Shown piece by piece: positions 47,261 to 59,044 of a stretch of DNA of 64,000 nucleotides. The stretch covers positions 235,974,001 through 236,038,000 of the forward strand of contig NC_086097.1 in the NCBI RefSeq assembly GCF_963921235.1. Reading direction: 5' to 3'. Under the pieces are notes generated by a model. It searched no databases and had not been told where the DNA came from. It saw nothing but the letters and a program-made list of their open reading frames with translations. Source of the DNA: Mobula hypostoma (lineage: Eukaryota). Each line of letters opens with the position of its first letter. Position 1 is the stretch's first letter. Position numbers and translations under genes: made by a program.

Positions 47261-49408
47261 AAAAGTCACTGAATCAATGGAAACAGCAGCCAGAGATGCA
47301 ATCTAGTTGCAGTCAGGAATGAAGTGAGCATGCAATTGCAATGTCTAAACAGAAAGCAGCCTGGCTGAACAAATTGTGTTACCTTTGTGTCAATGGTTCA
47401 CTTATACATGACCAGTGCAGGTTTAAAGGTGAAACTTGGAGAAAATGCGACAATGTAGGACACATACAAAGAGCATTTTGGGTAGATAAAAATAAATGGA
47501 CTACATGGGGAAGAGAAAAAAAAAGTCAAGTTGCATTTTAAATAAGGCACTAATCTGCATGCTGTTGATGAAGAAATCTGATAATGATAAATGTGACACC
47601 AGCCTGAGTAGCCTTATGATATTCCATACGACAAGCAATATGGCTTACACTAAAAGTGAATGGCAAATTAATTAAAATGGAATTGGCTGTTTCAGACATT
47701 CCACGAAGTGAGTTTGAATGGCATTTCTAAGATACTGAACTGAAGCCTGCAGATATCCAACGAAGAACTTATAATGGAGAAAAGTTAACCCCTGTGGGAA
47801 TGACATTTGTAACAGTGAAATACAACGACCAACAAGCCACGTTGAGCTTCTATGTGGTAAAAAACAGGAGCTTTGGCATTGTGGGGTTGTGATTGGCTGA
47901 GGCAACTACAACTTCTTTGGAAATCCATCCATCACTTGCATGCCACATCCCCTGAAATAGAGTCAACTGGAACTGAACTAAGAAAGGTACCACATGACGC
48001 AACAGCAGCATTCAAGGATGACACTGGAAAACTCAAACATACCAAGGGTAAAACTGTGTTAAATGAAAATGGCACATCCAATGTTATAAAGCACATCCCG
48101 TCCCTTATACTATCTTGATAAAGTAGGCAATGAGCTAGATTTCACTGAGGCCGAGGTAATGTTTTCCAAGGTTGAGTCTGGCCCATAGGTGACATCAGTG
48201 GTGCCAGTATACAAGAAGAACCCAGTACTGAAAGTAGTTCAATGCCTCTGACCAGGATAGAGGATATCTTTTGCAAAGTGGGCTTAACTGGGGCCTGCCT
48301 GCAGATGGAGATGAAAGAAGAGTCCAAAAAGTTTTTCACGATAAACGTTCACAAGTTGGGTTATCATTATAACAGGCTATTTTTGGAGTAGTATCTGCAC
48401 TTGTACTCTGACAGAAAGTTATGGATCAGATGCTGCAAGGATGTCCAAGCATTCAGTGTTATCTGGATGACATCATTGCTCCTTGTAAGGATGACAAGGA
48501 ATCTCTCCAAAATCTCAAGACAGTGTTAAAAAGATTAAACAATTACGGGCTCAGAGCATGATGCGACAAGTGTGAAGTCTCTAAACCAAGCATCACTTAC
48601 TATGGCCATAACACTCACAGACAAGAATTTACAAAAAAATTTGCTGAGAAAATTTAAGTAGTGGTGGATGCCCCAAGGCCAAAGGATGTGAAACAGTTGT
48701 GGTCTTATTTAGTATTTGTCAACTGCAATAACAGGTTCCTGCCAAACCTGGCCACTTTGCTCTAACCCTTGAACTCATTACTGCAGATCAGGAATGGACA
48801 AAGCAGTGTGAGGTTGCTTTCCAAAAGGCAAGGAAAATGGTGACATCAGACACTGGCCTCACACATTGTGATTCATATCATCCAGTGAAGCTGACCTGAG
48901 AGGCATCGCCTTACAGTATAGGTGCTAGCATATCATATATTATTAGGAATGGAAGTGAACACCCCACAGAATTTGCATCATGTCCCTTACCACTGCAGAG
49001 AAAAATTATGCACAGATTTACAGAGAGACCTTGAGTCTGGTTTGGGGTATAAAGAATTTCAGCCAGTGCTTGTATGGAAGAGAGTTTACCCTCACTACTG
49101 ATCACAAACTACTAGTGTCTATTTTCAATCCAAAGAACTGTGCTCCACTTAACACAGACAAAATGCTGGAGCAACTCAGCAGGCCAGATAGCATCTGTAG
49201 TAAAGAGTGCAGCTGATGTTTCAGGCTGAGATTGTGAAAGCTGTTCCACAAGCAGCAGCAGCACAAATGAAGAAATGGGGCTCTGCTCCTTGGAAGGTAC
49301 AATTACAAGATTGAATTCAAGAGGACAACTAACCATGGAAATCCTATTTTCTTTGGAAAAGCAAATACCTAGAAAATTGACAAAAGCAGACACTTCTCTT
49401 CATGTATT

Positions 49409-52400
49409 AGACCATAAGATCATAGGATATAGGAGCAGAAGTAGGCTATTTGGCCCATCGAGTCTCCTTCGCCATTCAATCATGGGTTGATCCAATTCTT
49501 CCACACATCCCCACTCCCCTGCCTTCTCCCCATACCTTTTGATGCCCTGGCTAACCAAGAACCTATCTATCTCGGCCTTAAATGCACCCAATGACTTGAC
49601 CTCCACAGCTGCTCATGGCAACAAATTCCACGGATTTACCATCCTCTGAGTAAAGTAATTTCTCCTCATCTCTGTTCTAAATGGATGTCCTTCAATCCTG
49701 AAGTCATACCCTCTTATCCTGGACTCCCCTACCATGGGAAATAACTTTGCCATATCTAATCTGTTCAGGCCTTTTAACATTTGGAAAGTTTCTATGAGAT
49801 CGATAGATAGATAGATATACTGTATTAATCCCGAGGGAAATTTGGTTTCGTTACAGCCGCACCAACCAAGAATAGAGTGTAAATATAGTAATACAAAAAA
49901 ACACAACAATCAAACAGCAAAATGCAAAGTATGCCAGATGGAAAATAAGTCCAGGACCAGTCTATTGGCTCCTCAGGGTGTCTGACCCTCTACGGGAGGA
50001 GCTGCACGTTCGATGGCCACAGGCAGGAACGACCTTCCTTGCCGCCAAGTGTTGTATCACGGTGAAATGTGGCCGAAGTAAAAAGTTCAATATCCAGTCT
50101 GTAAACACGTTCCTCGATTGTAATATACCCCGGATTGCACCATCCGTTGTTGGCCAGAACAGTAAGCACCCAACTCCTTCACGCTTACCGCTCTCAGTGC
50201 ACTTCCGGTCAGCTGGAACGGTATTACACACCGAATTCCTCTTCTCCAGAAGTCTCTGTCGTCTCAACCCGGTCCTCTTTCCTTAGCTTTGTGATCCCCC
50301 CTGCATCCTCTGTGTGTTTTCCTCCAGATTTCAGCAGGGGTGTCCGCCACTCTGTTCACTAAGCCGGCCGGAATTTGCTGGTCCGTGGAATACACAATGT
50401 GACCTTGCTTCTGTCCCGCGTGTCGGAATGTAACTATTTCCAGCGCTAAAGAAAACCCAAATAAAACTCTCTCTACCAGCATGTTAGAGAGGGTGCAGCT
50501 TCGACGTGTTACCGTGAGAAAAAAAATACAAAAAATAACGTAAATTAAAAAATAAGAAGAAGAAAGTAAGAATAGATCGGAACGGCTGTACCAGGCCGCA
50601 TGAACGCCCGGCGCATGCACACTATTGATCACCCCTCATTCTCCTGAATGCAAGGGAATACAGCCCAAGAGCTGCCAGATGTTTCTCATATGGTAACCCT
50701 TTCATTCCTGGAATCTTTCTTGTGAATCTTCTCCGAAGCCTCTCCAATGTCAGTATATCCTTTCTAAAATAAGGAGCCCAAAACTGCACACAATACTCCA
50801 AGTGTGGTCTCATGAGTGCCTTACAGAGCATCAACATCACATCCCTGCTCTTATATTCTATACATCTAGAAATGAATGCCAACATTGCATTCACCTGCTT
50901 CACTACCGACTCAACCTGAAGGTTAACTTTTAGGGTACCCTGCACAAAGACTCCCAAGTCCCTTTACATCTCTGCATTTTGAATTCTCTCCCCATCTAAA
51001 TAATAGTCTGCCCATTTATTTCTTCCACCAAAGTGCATGACCTTCTAACATTGACTTCTAACAATGACTTTCTAACATTGTATTTCATTTGATACTTTTT
51101 TGCCCATTCCCCTAAACTATCTAAGTCACTCTACAGGCTCTCTGTTTCCTCAAAACTACCAGCTCCTCTACCTATCTTTGTATCATCTGCAAATTTACCA
51201 CAAATCCATTAATCCCATATTCCAAATCATTGACGTACATCATAAAAAGCAGCAGTCCCAACACCAACCCCTGTTGAACTCCACTGGTAACCGGCAGCCA
51301 GCCAGAATAGGATCCCTTTATTCCCACTCTCTGATTTCTACCGATCAGCCAATGCTCCTCCCATGCTAGTAACTTCCCTAAAAATTCCATGGGCTCTTAT
51401 CTTGCTAAGCAGCCAAATGTGCGGCACCTTGTCAAAGGCCTTCTGAAAATCCAAGTACACCACGGCTACTGTATTTCTTTTGTTTACCCTGCTCGTAATT
51501 TCCTCAAAAAATTGCAGTAGGTTAGTCAGGCAAGATTTTCCTTTCAGGTATGTGCCTCCAGGTATTCCATAATCTCATCCTTAACAATCGATCCTATCAA
51601 TTTCCCAACCATTGATGTCAGGCTAACAGGTCTATAGTTTCCTTCCTGCTGCCTCCCACCCTTCTTAAATAGCGGAGTAACATTTGCAATTTTCCAGTCA
51701 TCCTGTACAATGCCAGAATCTATCGATTTTTGAAAGATCATTGCTAATGCCACCACAACTCTTCAGCTACTTCCTTCAGAACCCGAGGGTGCATTCCATC
51801 AGGTCCAGGAGATTTATCAACCCTCAGACCATTAAGCTTCCTGAGCACCTTCTCAGTCGTAATTTTCACTGCACATACTTCATTTCCCTGACACTCTTGA
51901 ATGTCCAGAATACTGCAGATGTCTTCCACTGTAAAGACTGATGCAAAATTCACATTCAGTTCCTCTTCCATTTCTGTGTCTCTCATTACAATATCTCCAG
52001 TGTTATTTTCTATTGATCCTATATCTACTCTCAACTCTCTTTTACCATTTATATACTAAAAAAGCTTTTAGTATCTTCTTTGATATTAGTCACCAGCTCA
52101 TCTCAAAATTAATCTTTTCCTTCCTAATAATTTTCTTAGTTTCCTTCTGCAAGTTTTTAAAAGCTTCCTAATCCTTTATCTTCCCACTAGCTCTGGCTTC
52201 CTTGTATGCCCTCTCTTTTGCTTTTACTTTAGCTCTGACTTCACTTGTCAGCCACAGTAGTATCCTTCTTCCATTCGAAAATTTCTTCTTATTTTGAATA
52301 TATCTGTCTTGTACTTCCCTCATTTTTCGTGGAAACTCCAGCCATTGCTGCTCTGCTATTTTTCCTGCTAGGGTCCCTTTCCAGTCAACCATGGCCAGTT

Positions 52401-54505
52401 CCCCTCTCATGCCATTGTAATTTCCTTTATTCTACTGAACTATGGACACATTGGAATTTAGTTTCTCCTTCTCAAATTTCAAAGTTAACTCGATCATATT
52501 GTGATCACTATTCCCTAAGGGTTCCTTAACCTTAAGCTCTCTTATCACCTCCAGATCATTGCACAACACCCAATTCAGCACAGCTGATCCCCTAGTGGGC
52601 TCGACAGCAAGCTGTTCTAAAAATCCATCCTTTAGACATTCTACAAATGCTCCCTTTTGAGGTCCAGTACTGGCCTGGTTTTCCCAATCCACTTTTATGT
52701 TAAAATCCCCAACGAATTTCATGACATTGCCCTTCTGACATGCCTTTTCAATCTTCTGCTGTAATTTGTAATCCACATCCCGATTGCTGTTTGGAGGCCT
52801 GTATACAACTGCCATTAGGGTCCTTTTACCCTTGTTATTTTTTAACTCAACCCATAGAGACTCTACACCTTCCGATCCTATGTCATCCATTTCCAATGAT
52901 CTAATATTATTTCTTATACGCAGGGCCACACCACCCCCTCTGCCTACTAACCTATCTTTCCAATACACCATATATCCTTGGACATTCAGCTCCTAATGGC
53001 AGACATCCTTTAGCCAAGTTTCAGAAATGGCCACAACGTCATACTTGCCAATGTATAGCTGAATATTAAGATTGTCCATTTTATTTCTTTCAAACCAGTA
53101 TTTATTGCTTTCTGTTTTGACTGCACCATGCCTCCGTTGCCCTGTAACTCATCCCACTGGCTGTAATTATGCCGCATCTCCTGCCTGTCCTTTCTATCAT
53201 CTCTGTTGCATGCTATCTTTGATTTATTTCTGATTCTATCACTCTGGTTCCCACCCCCCTGCCAAATTAGTTTAAACCCTCCCTAACAGCTCTATTAAAC
53301 CTGGCTGCTAGGATATTGGACCCTTTTGTGTTCAGGTGTAATCCACCTTTTTGTACAGGTTGTACATCCCCCAGAAAATTCCCTGATGATCCAGGAACCC
53401 GAAGCCCTGCTCCCTACACCAGTCTCTCAGCCACGCATTAACATGCCTGATCATGCTATTCTTGTGTTCGTTAGCTCATGGCACAGGCAGCAATCATGAG
53501 ATTCCTACCCTGAAGGTCCTGCTTTTCAGCTTCCTACCCAACTCCCTGAATTCTCTCTTCAGGAACTCCTCCCTTTTTCTCCCTATTTCATTGGTACCAA
53601 CGTGTACCAAGACTTGTGGCTGTTCACACTCTCCCTTCAGAATACTGCACCCGATCCGAGACATCCCATACCCTGGCACCTGGGAGGTGACACACCATGC
53701 AGGTATCTCTATCGGGCTGACAGAACTTCCTGTCTGTTCCTCTCACTATGGAATCCCCTGTGACTACCACATTCCTCATCTTCTTCTCTCCCTTCTGCAC
53801 CATGGAACCAGAGACCCGATCGCCGTGGTCGTCCTCTGTCAGGTCACCCCCCTCAACAGCATCCAAAACAAGATAATGATTACTGAGGAGGATGGCCACA
53901 GGGATGCTCTCTACTATCTGAGCTCTTCCCATCCCTTCCCTCAGTCACTCACTTATCTAACTCCTGCAGCCTCAGGGTGACTAACTCCTCGTAGCTCCTG
54001 TCTATCTCCTGCACACTTACGCTATTCAGCTGCAGATCATCAAGCTGCAGCTCCAGATCCATAACATGGTCTCTCAGGAGCTGCATCTCGGTGCACCTGG
54101 CGCAGATATGGCCATCTGGGAGATTGGAAGATTCCCAGGATTTCCACATCTGACACCCAGAGCAAAGTACTAACCCTACAGACATTCTCTTTACTCTGCT
54201 AAAAACAAATGGAAAGAAAACAAAATGAAGTCCACTTACCCAGCCGAAGCCCGAATGAGCCAAAGCCCTGCCACTCTGCCTCAGATCACTCCGTCGATGA
54301 TCACTCTGCTAGGCAGTGTTTCTCTTTTATGTCAGAACCTACCCTGCTATCTAACTCAAGACTGGTTCTCTGGTTATTGCCGCAGATTGGCCACATACAA
54401 TGGACAAACACTCTCGAAGTTCCCTTATTAAATAGCCGCCACTGACCTGTGAGAAACCCCTCTTGGTAAAGCTCTGTTGACACTGCTAATAAGCCATGTA
54501 TAACT
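49409..54505 (-). mobile_element. CR1 LINE, apparently full length with 5' UTR, inactivated
   Basis: ORF1 Zn finger/zipper (CSGCQMW..HICARC) plus esterase (VTGDSIVRG, VHVGTNEIG); APE (VVYRPPNS, VGDFN, GNSDHN); RT; (ATGGTCTT)-like tail; possible TSD TGTATT at 49403-49408 and 54506-54511. Confidence 0.92.
49802..50626 (-). mobile_element. Non-autonomous bipartite Rex1 derivative, copy 2 (with 5' end)
   Basis: 5' UTR plus N-terminus (WRKTHRGCRG) plus endonuclease piece fused to RT tail and (TATC)n; GATC duplicated at 49798-49801 and 50627-50630. Confidence 0.85.
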
Positions 54506-55464
54506 TGTATTCTCACTAATGCAAATTGAATGTCTCCCTATTAAGGAAGAGATGATCCAAAGGGAAAGAAGAAAAGTGCTCTCACTGTCTCAAACCTACA
54601 TGACTAGATGACTGGAATATACAGCAGAAACTCCAGTTCCCCATTTTTACCAGCACTGTGATGAAATTGTCCTTGATGGAGGTTGCCTTATGTGGGGATT
54701 GAGAGCTGTTGTTCCGTCCATCCTGAGAGCTACAGTGTTTGAGGAGCTGCATGCTGGTCACCTAGATGCAGTCATAATTAAAGTCTCGGCTCGAAGCTTT
54801 GTCTGGTGGCCTGAGATATTTCAGTAGATCAAGCAGTTTGTCATGCACTGTTCAGAATGTCAACACATCCCGAAGATGCCAAGAGCAGAGCCTCTCCATC
54901 CTTGGGAATAGCCTGCATTGCTTTGGCAAAGGATTCATGTGGATTTTGCCAGACCATTCATGGGCAGAAATGTTTTGGTAATAGTGGATGCTGTTAGAAA
55001 GTGGACAGAAATCTTCCCAGTAGCCTCCATTGCAGTCTCTCACACAGCTGATGTGTTGAGAAGCCTCTTCTCAAGGACTGCTGTTCCAAAACTCTTAGTC
55101 AGTGACAGTGGACCACAGTTTGTTGCAAAAGAATTTCAATCACTCCTGAAAATGAATGGAATAAGACACATTGCATCTGCACCGTTCCACCTAGCAACAA
55201 ATGGCTTGGCAGAAATGAAATTTGACGTGTTAATCCTGGTTTTCCCATGTTTTTCTTGGGGAATTCCTGGGGTCACAAAACTATCTTCCTGTTTCTGGTC
55301 TCTCTGTGAACATTTCCCCAGATGTGATGCTGGAAGTCAAGAGGTTGATATGGTGGGCTGGGATGCCATAATGTTACAAGTTCTGAATGGAGTTTTGAGC
55401 TGCTTGATCCTTTCAACATCAGTCTCACCTGGCACAATGGTAGTGCCACACAAAAGGAAAAAAT

Positions 55465-55740
55465 AGATTAGCTGTATTAATCACACCTAAACATTGAAAC
55501 ATACAGTAAGATGCATCATTTGCAATGGCACTAAAATAGCATTCCCAAAATTCACTAACCCTAAACAATTCACAAACGTACATTTTTGGAATGTAGGAGG
55601 AAACTGGAGCACCCAGAAATCCATCCAGTCACAGGGAGAACGTGCAAACTCCTTACAGACAGTGGTGGGAATCGAACCCCAATCGGTGATCGTTGGCACA
55701 GTTTTTGCATTATGGAGGAAGGGATCAGTGTGATGATATA
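55465..55740 (-). mobile_element. V-domain tRNA SINE
   Basis: Reverse B box GGTTCGATTCC, V core GAGTTTGCACGTTCTCCCTGTGAC, tail like the 27484 copy. Confidence 0.75.
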
Positions 55741-56239
55741 ACATACAGATACCACTTTAGGCATAGATTCACCTTCAATCCACAAAATGATTTAAATAAA
55801 ATGCAGCCGATTTTTCCAACTCACTCATATTAATTTTTTTATTATACACCAGCTGTGAATCCTGAATGTAGAGGCAGGTGATCCATGGTGATGCCACTAA
55901 GCCAGCCTTGATGATGGTTCATCCAATGTAGCTTCCATTCCTTCTCACTTTCAGTGATTCTTCTGTTCAATATTCACCCGAGGAAGAACTGATTCATCAT
56001 CTGCACTAGCATATCAGTCAGTCATTAGTCAGAAGTTGTACATCTGATTTGATGGATTATGGCAGAAAGGGATGGTTCTCTAAGAATGAGTATGTCAGGT
56101 TGTTGCTTGACATTGAACACTACAGGCTCTTCAGCCCACAATATTGTGCCAGCCCTTTAACCTACTATCAATCTAAACATTGTTCCCATATAGCCCTCCA
56201 TTTTTTTCTTTCATCAATGATTCTTTCATCTAAGAATCT

Positions 56240-56985
56240 AAGAGTCAGGATCAGAATCAGAATCCTTTATTATCGCCAAGTATGTGGACACATACAGGGA
56301 ATTTGATGCCGGTTTCCCTGAGCTCTCGCTGTACAGAGTCAAAAAGCAAACAAAATAATAGTGCAAATAAACGTGAACTATATACAATGAGGTACACCTG
56401 TGTATGTACAGGTGGACTTGGTTTATAATAGACTAAAATTCAAGTGTTCATAAGACTGATGGCATATGGAAAGAAACTGTTCTTGTACCTATTTGTCCTG
56501 GCAAACAGTGATCTAAATTGCCTTCCAGAAGGAAGGAGTTGGAACAGGTGATTTCCAGGGTGTGATGGGTCTACAATGATGCTGCTTAAATGCTTCCTGA
56601 CTCTAGATGCATATAAGTCCTGGATCGAGGGCAGCTTCACACCAATAATCCTTTCCGCAGCCCTGCCGGTTCTTTAGGGTTTATTCTTGTCTTGTTTGGT
56701 AGCTGATCCAAACCAGACAGTGATGGTTGAACAGAGAACAGACTGGATTATTCCTGAATAGAATTGAATAAGCAGCTCCTGAGGCAGGTTGTACTTCCTG
56801 AGTTGGTGTAGGAAATACAACCTCTGCTGAGCCTTTTTGATAAGAGTGTCCGCGTTGGGTGCCCACTTCAGGTCCTGGGAGATTGTGACACCCAGAAACC
56901 TGAAGGTCTCCACAGCAGACACAATACTGTTGAGAATAGTGAGTGAGGGGAGTTATCGGGGGGCTCCTCCTGAAGTCCACTGTCT
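56240..56985 (-). mobile_element. Rex1/Babar RT C-terminus and 3' end
   Basis: FRFLGVTISQDLKW..KKAQQRLYFL; IIVDPSHPGNHLFQLLPSGRQF..KNSFFP; (TTCTGA)n tail. Confidence 0.85.
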
Positions 56986-57524
56986 CTTATGTACCCCTAA
57001 TGTACATATGAGCTTCCATTATCACCCCTGTCCGCACATTTCATGCACCCACCAATTTCTGTGTAAAAAACTTCTGTTGTTCTTTTTCTGTTTTGTGTTG
57101 GTAGCTTGGTACTCTGAAGTGCCACGCTGGACCATCTAAATTTCAGTTTTTTTTTTAGCTAAAATCAAGAATTGTTGTTCCAGTCGCTTAAATTGTTCAT
57201 TTTCCCATTACTCATAAACGACACAGAACACGGTCTCAGTCATATCACTCTGGTTATTTTCATTTACCAGTTAATGGATTCAATTTAAATTTCTCTTTCA
57301 CGTCCTGAACTCATTTTGAAACTGTATCCTCATACGTGAATTATTGCAACAGATATTATTTCACATTGTGTAGCTTTTTACACCTTCACATTTTTCAAAA
57401 AAATCTGAAAAAATAGATATTATATCATCAATTTGCATTACTTTGGTTGTTTATAGTGCAAATCCTCCTCGTCTATATTAATATGATTTTTATTTATTTT
57501 AGTATTTCAATTTACCTACCAAAT

Positions 57525-58385
57525 ATAGAAAGACCTAGATAGAGTGGATGTGAAGATGAAAAGGACGTTTCCAATAGTTGGAGAGCCTAGGACCAGAGGG
57601 CACAAGCCTAGAATAGAAAGATACCCATTCAGCACATAGATGATGCAAACACGAGGAAATCTGCAGATGCTGGAATTTCAAGCAACACACATAAAAGTTG
57701 CCGGTGAACACAGCAGGCCAGGCAGCATCTCTAGGAAGAGGTACAGTTGACCTTTCGGGCTGAGACCCTTCATCAGGGAGGGTCCTGACGAAGGGTCTCG
57801 GCCCGAAGCGTTGACTGTACCCCTTCCTAGAGATGCTGCCTGGCCTGCTGTGTTCACCAGCAACTTTTATGTGTGTTGCAGCACATAGATGAGGAGGAAT
57901 TTCTTTAGCCAGATGGTGGTGAATCTGTGGAATACATTGCCATGGAAGGCTGTAGAGTCCAAGTCACTAAGTATGTTTAAAGTGGAGGTTCAAAGGTTAT
58001 TTATTTATTTAGAGATACAGCACAGAACAAACCCTCCAGATCTTCAAGCCTTGCCACCCCCTGATTTAATCAGGGCCTGACCATGGGACAATTTGCAATG
58101 ACCAATTAACTTAGCAACTAGTACGTCTTCGGACTGTAGGAGAAAACCCACATGGTCCCAGGGAGAAAATACAAACTCCCTACAGACAGCAGCGGGGATT
58201 GAACCCGGGTCGCTGGCACTGTAAAGTGTTGTGTTACTACTGTGCTACCGTGCCGTTGTTATTAGTAAAGGTGTCAAAAGCAATGCGGAGAAAGCAGAAG
58301 AATGGAACGGAGAGGGAAAATGATCAAATGGAGGAGCAAACTCAATGGACCAAATGGCCTATTTTCTTCTCCTATGTCTTATGTC
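57525..58385 (+). mobile_element. CR1 3' end hosting a PLE hairpin and an antisense V-SINE (57995-58255)
   Basis: MRRNFFSQMVVNLWNTLP; CR1 3' UTR resumes after each insertion. Confidence 0.8.
57644..57878. mobile_element. Palindromic PLE mini-element with two back-to-back hammerhead motifs
   Basis: Inverted arms of about 100 bp; hammerhead motifs at about 57744-57777 (-) and 57782-57817 (+); 14-bp TSD CAGCACATAGATGA at 57630-57643 and 57879-57892. Confidence 0.9.
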
Positions 58386-59044
58386 TGAACAGTATTCTGT
58401 GCTTCTTTTAAATCAACATTTCCACATTTTATCAACATTTTAAACAGCCTATCAATTTGATGTTTATTAATACGAATGTAACCGGTTTCATAATGGTTAA
58501 GCCAGTGAAGATGATTCTGTTATCTGGTAGGATATTTGGAGAATTTCAACATTAATAGATATGATCATTAAAATTTTGATAAATTAACATTGACATTCCT
58601 ATAGATTATTGCGAGGAGGTATTATCCTCCACTAATGAAATCAAATCATAATTAATGCACTGACAGTAGACTGGATTGTTGAACCCATCACCAGCGTTTG
58701 TCTTCTGCTGAATATGTTATATGACCATATTGAACAGTATGCTGCAACACATAAAGAAGCAATCTTTATCAATAGAGACCAATGATTGATTGTTTTCGAT
58801 GCAGGTAAGAATAATATAATATAATAACAATACTATAAGAAATAATAATAAAATAATTCCATTGATTGAATGAAACAAAAGGCCACATCTTGTGTGCTTT
58901 ATCTTATATCATGTGTCTTTTATTGTTATAATCTTCAACAATTCAACCAATAATTGGTTCTAAGAGACAAACCTTGTCAAATATTATGAAATCAGTTTCA
59001 TGGCATATTTCATGCCATATCTCATTTTTTGCACATTATGAGAT

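Larger units (their letters stand above)
47265..55215 (+). mobile_element. Decayed Gypsy gag-pol (Mag-like), split by a CR1; LTRs not seen
   Basis: gag end METAARDA plus knuckles; RT YLDDII near 48460; RNase H EKNYAQI..FTLTTDHK; integrase ARSFVWWP, WQRIHVDFA, LVSDSGPQF, TNGLAE; small PLE piece at 49151-49231. Confidence 0.85.

Noticed and set aside
54918..55466. 182-aa integrase ORF with a novel C-terminus
   Set aside because: Integrase similarity ends near 55215; the rest is read-through into unrelated flanking DNA
58590..58812. Possible coding exon bounded by CCTATAG and CAG|GTAAGA
   Set aside because: Stops in all three frames; splice-like motifs alone are not sufficient evidence
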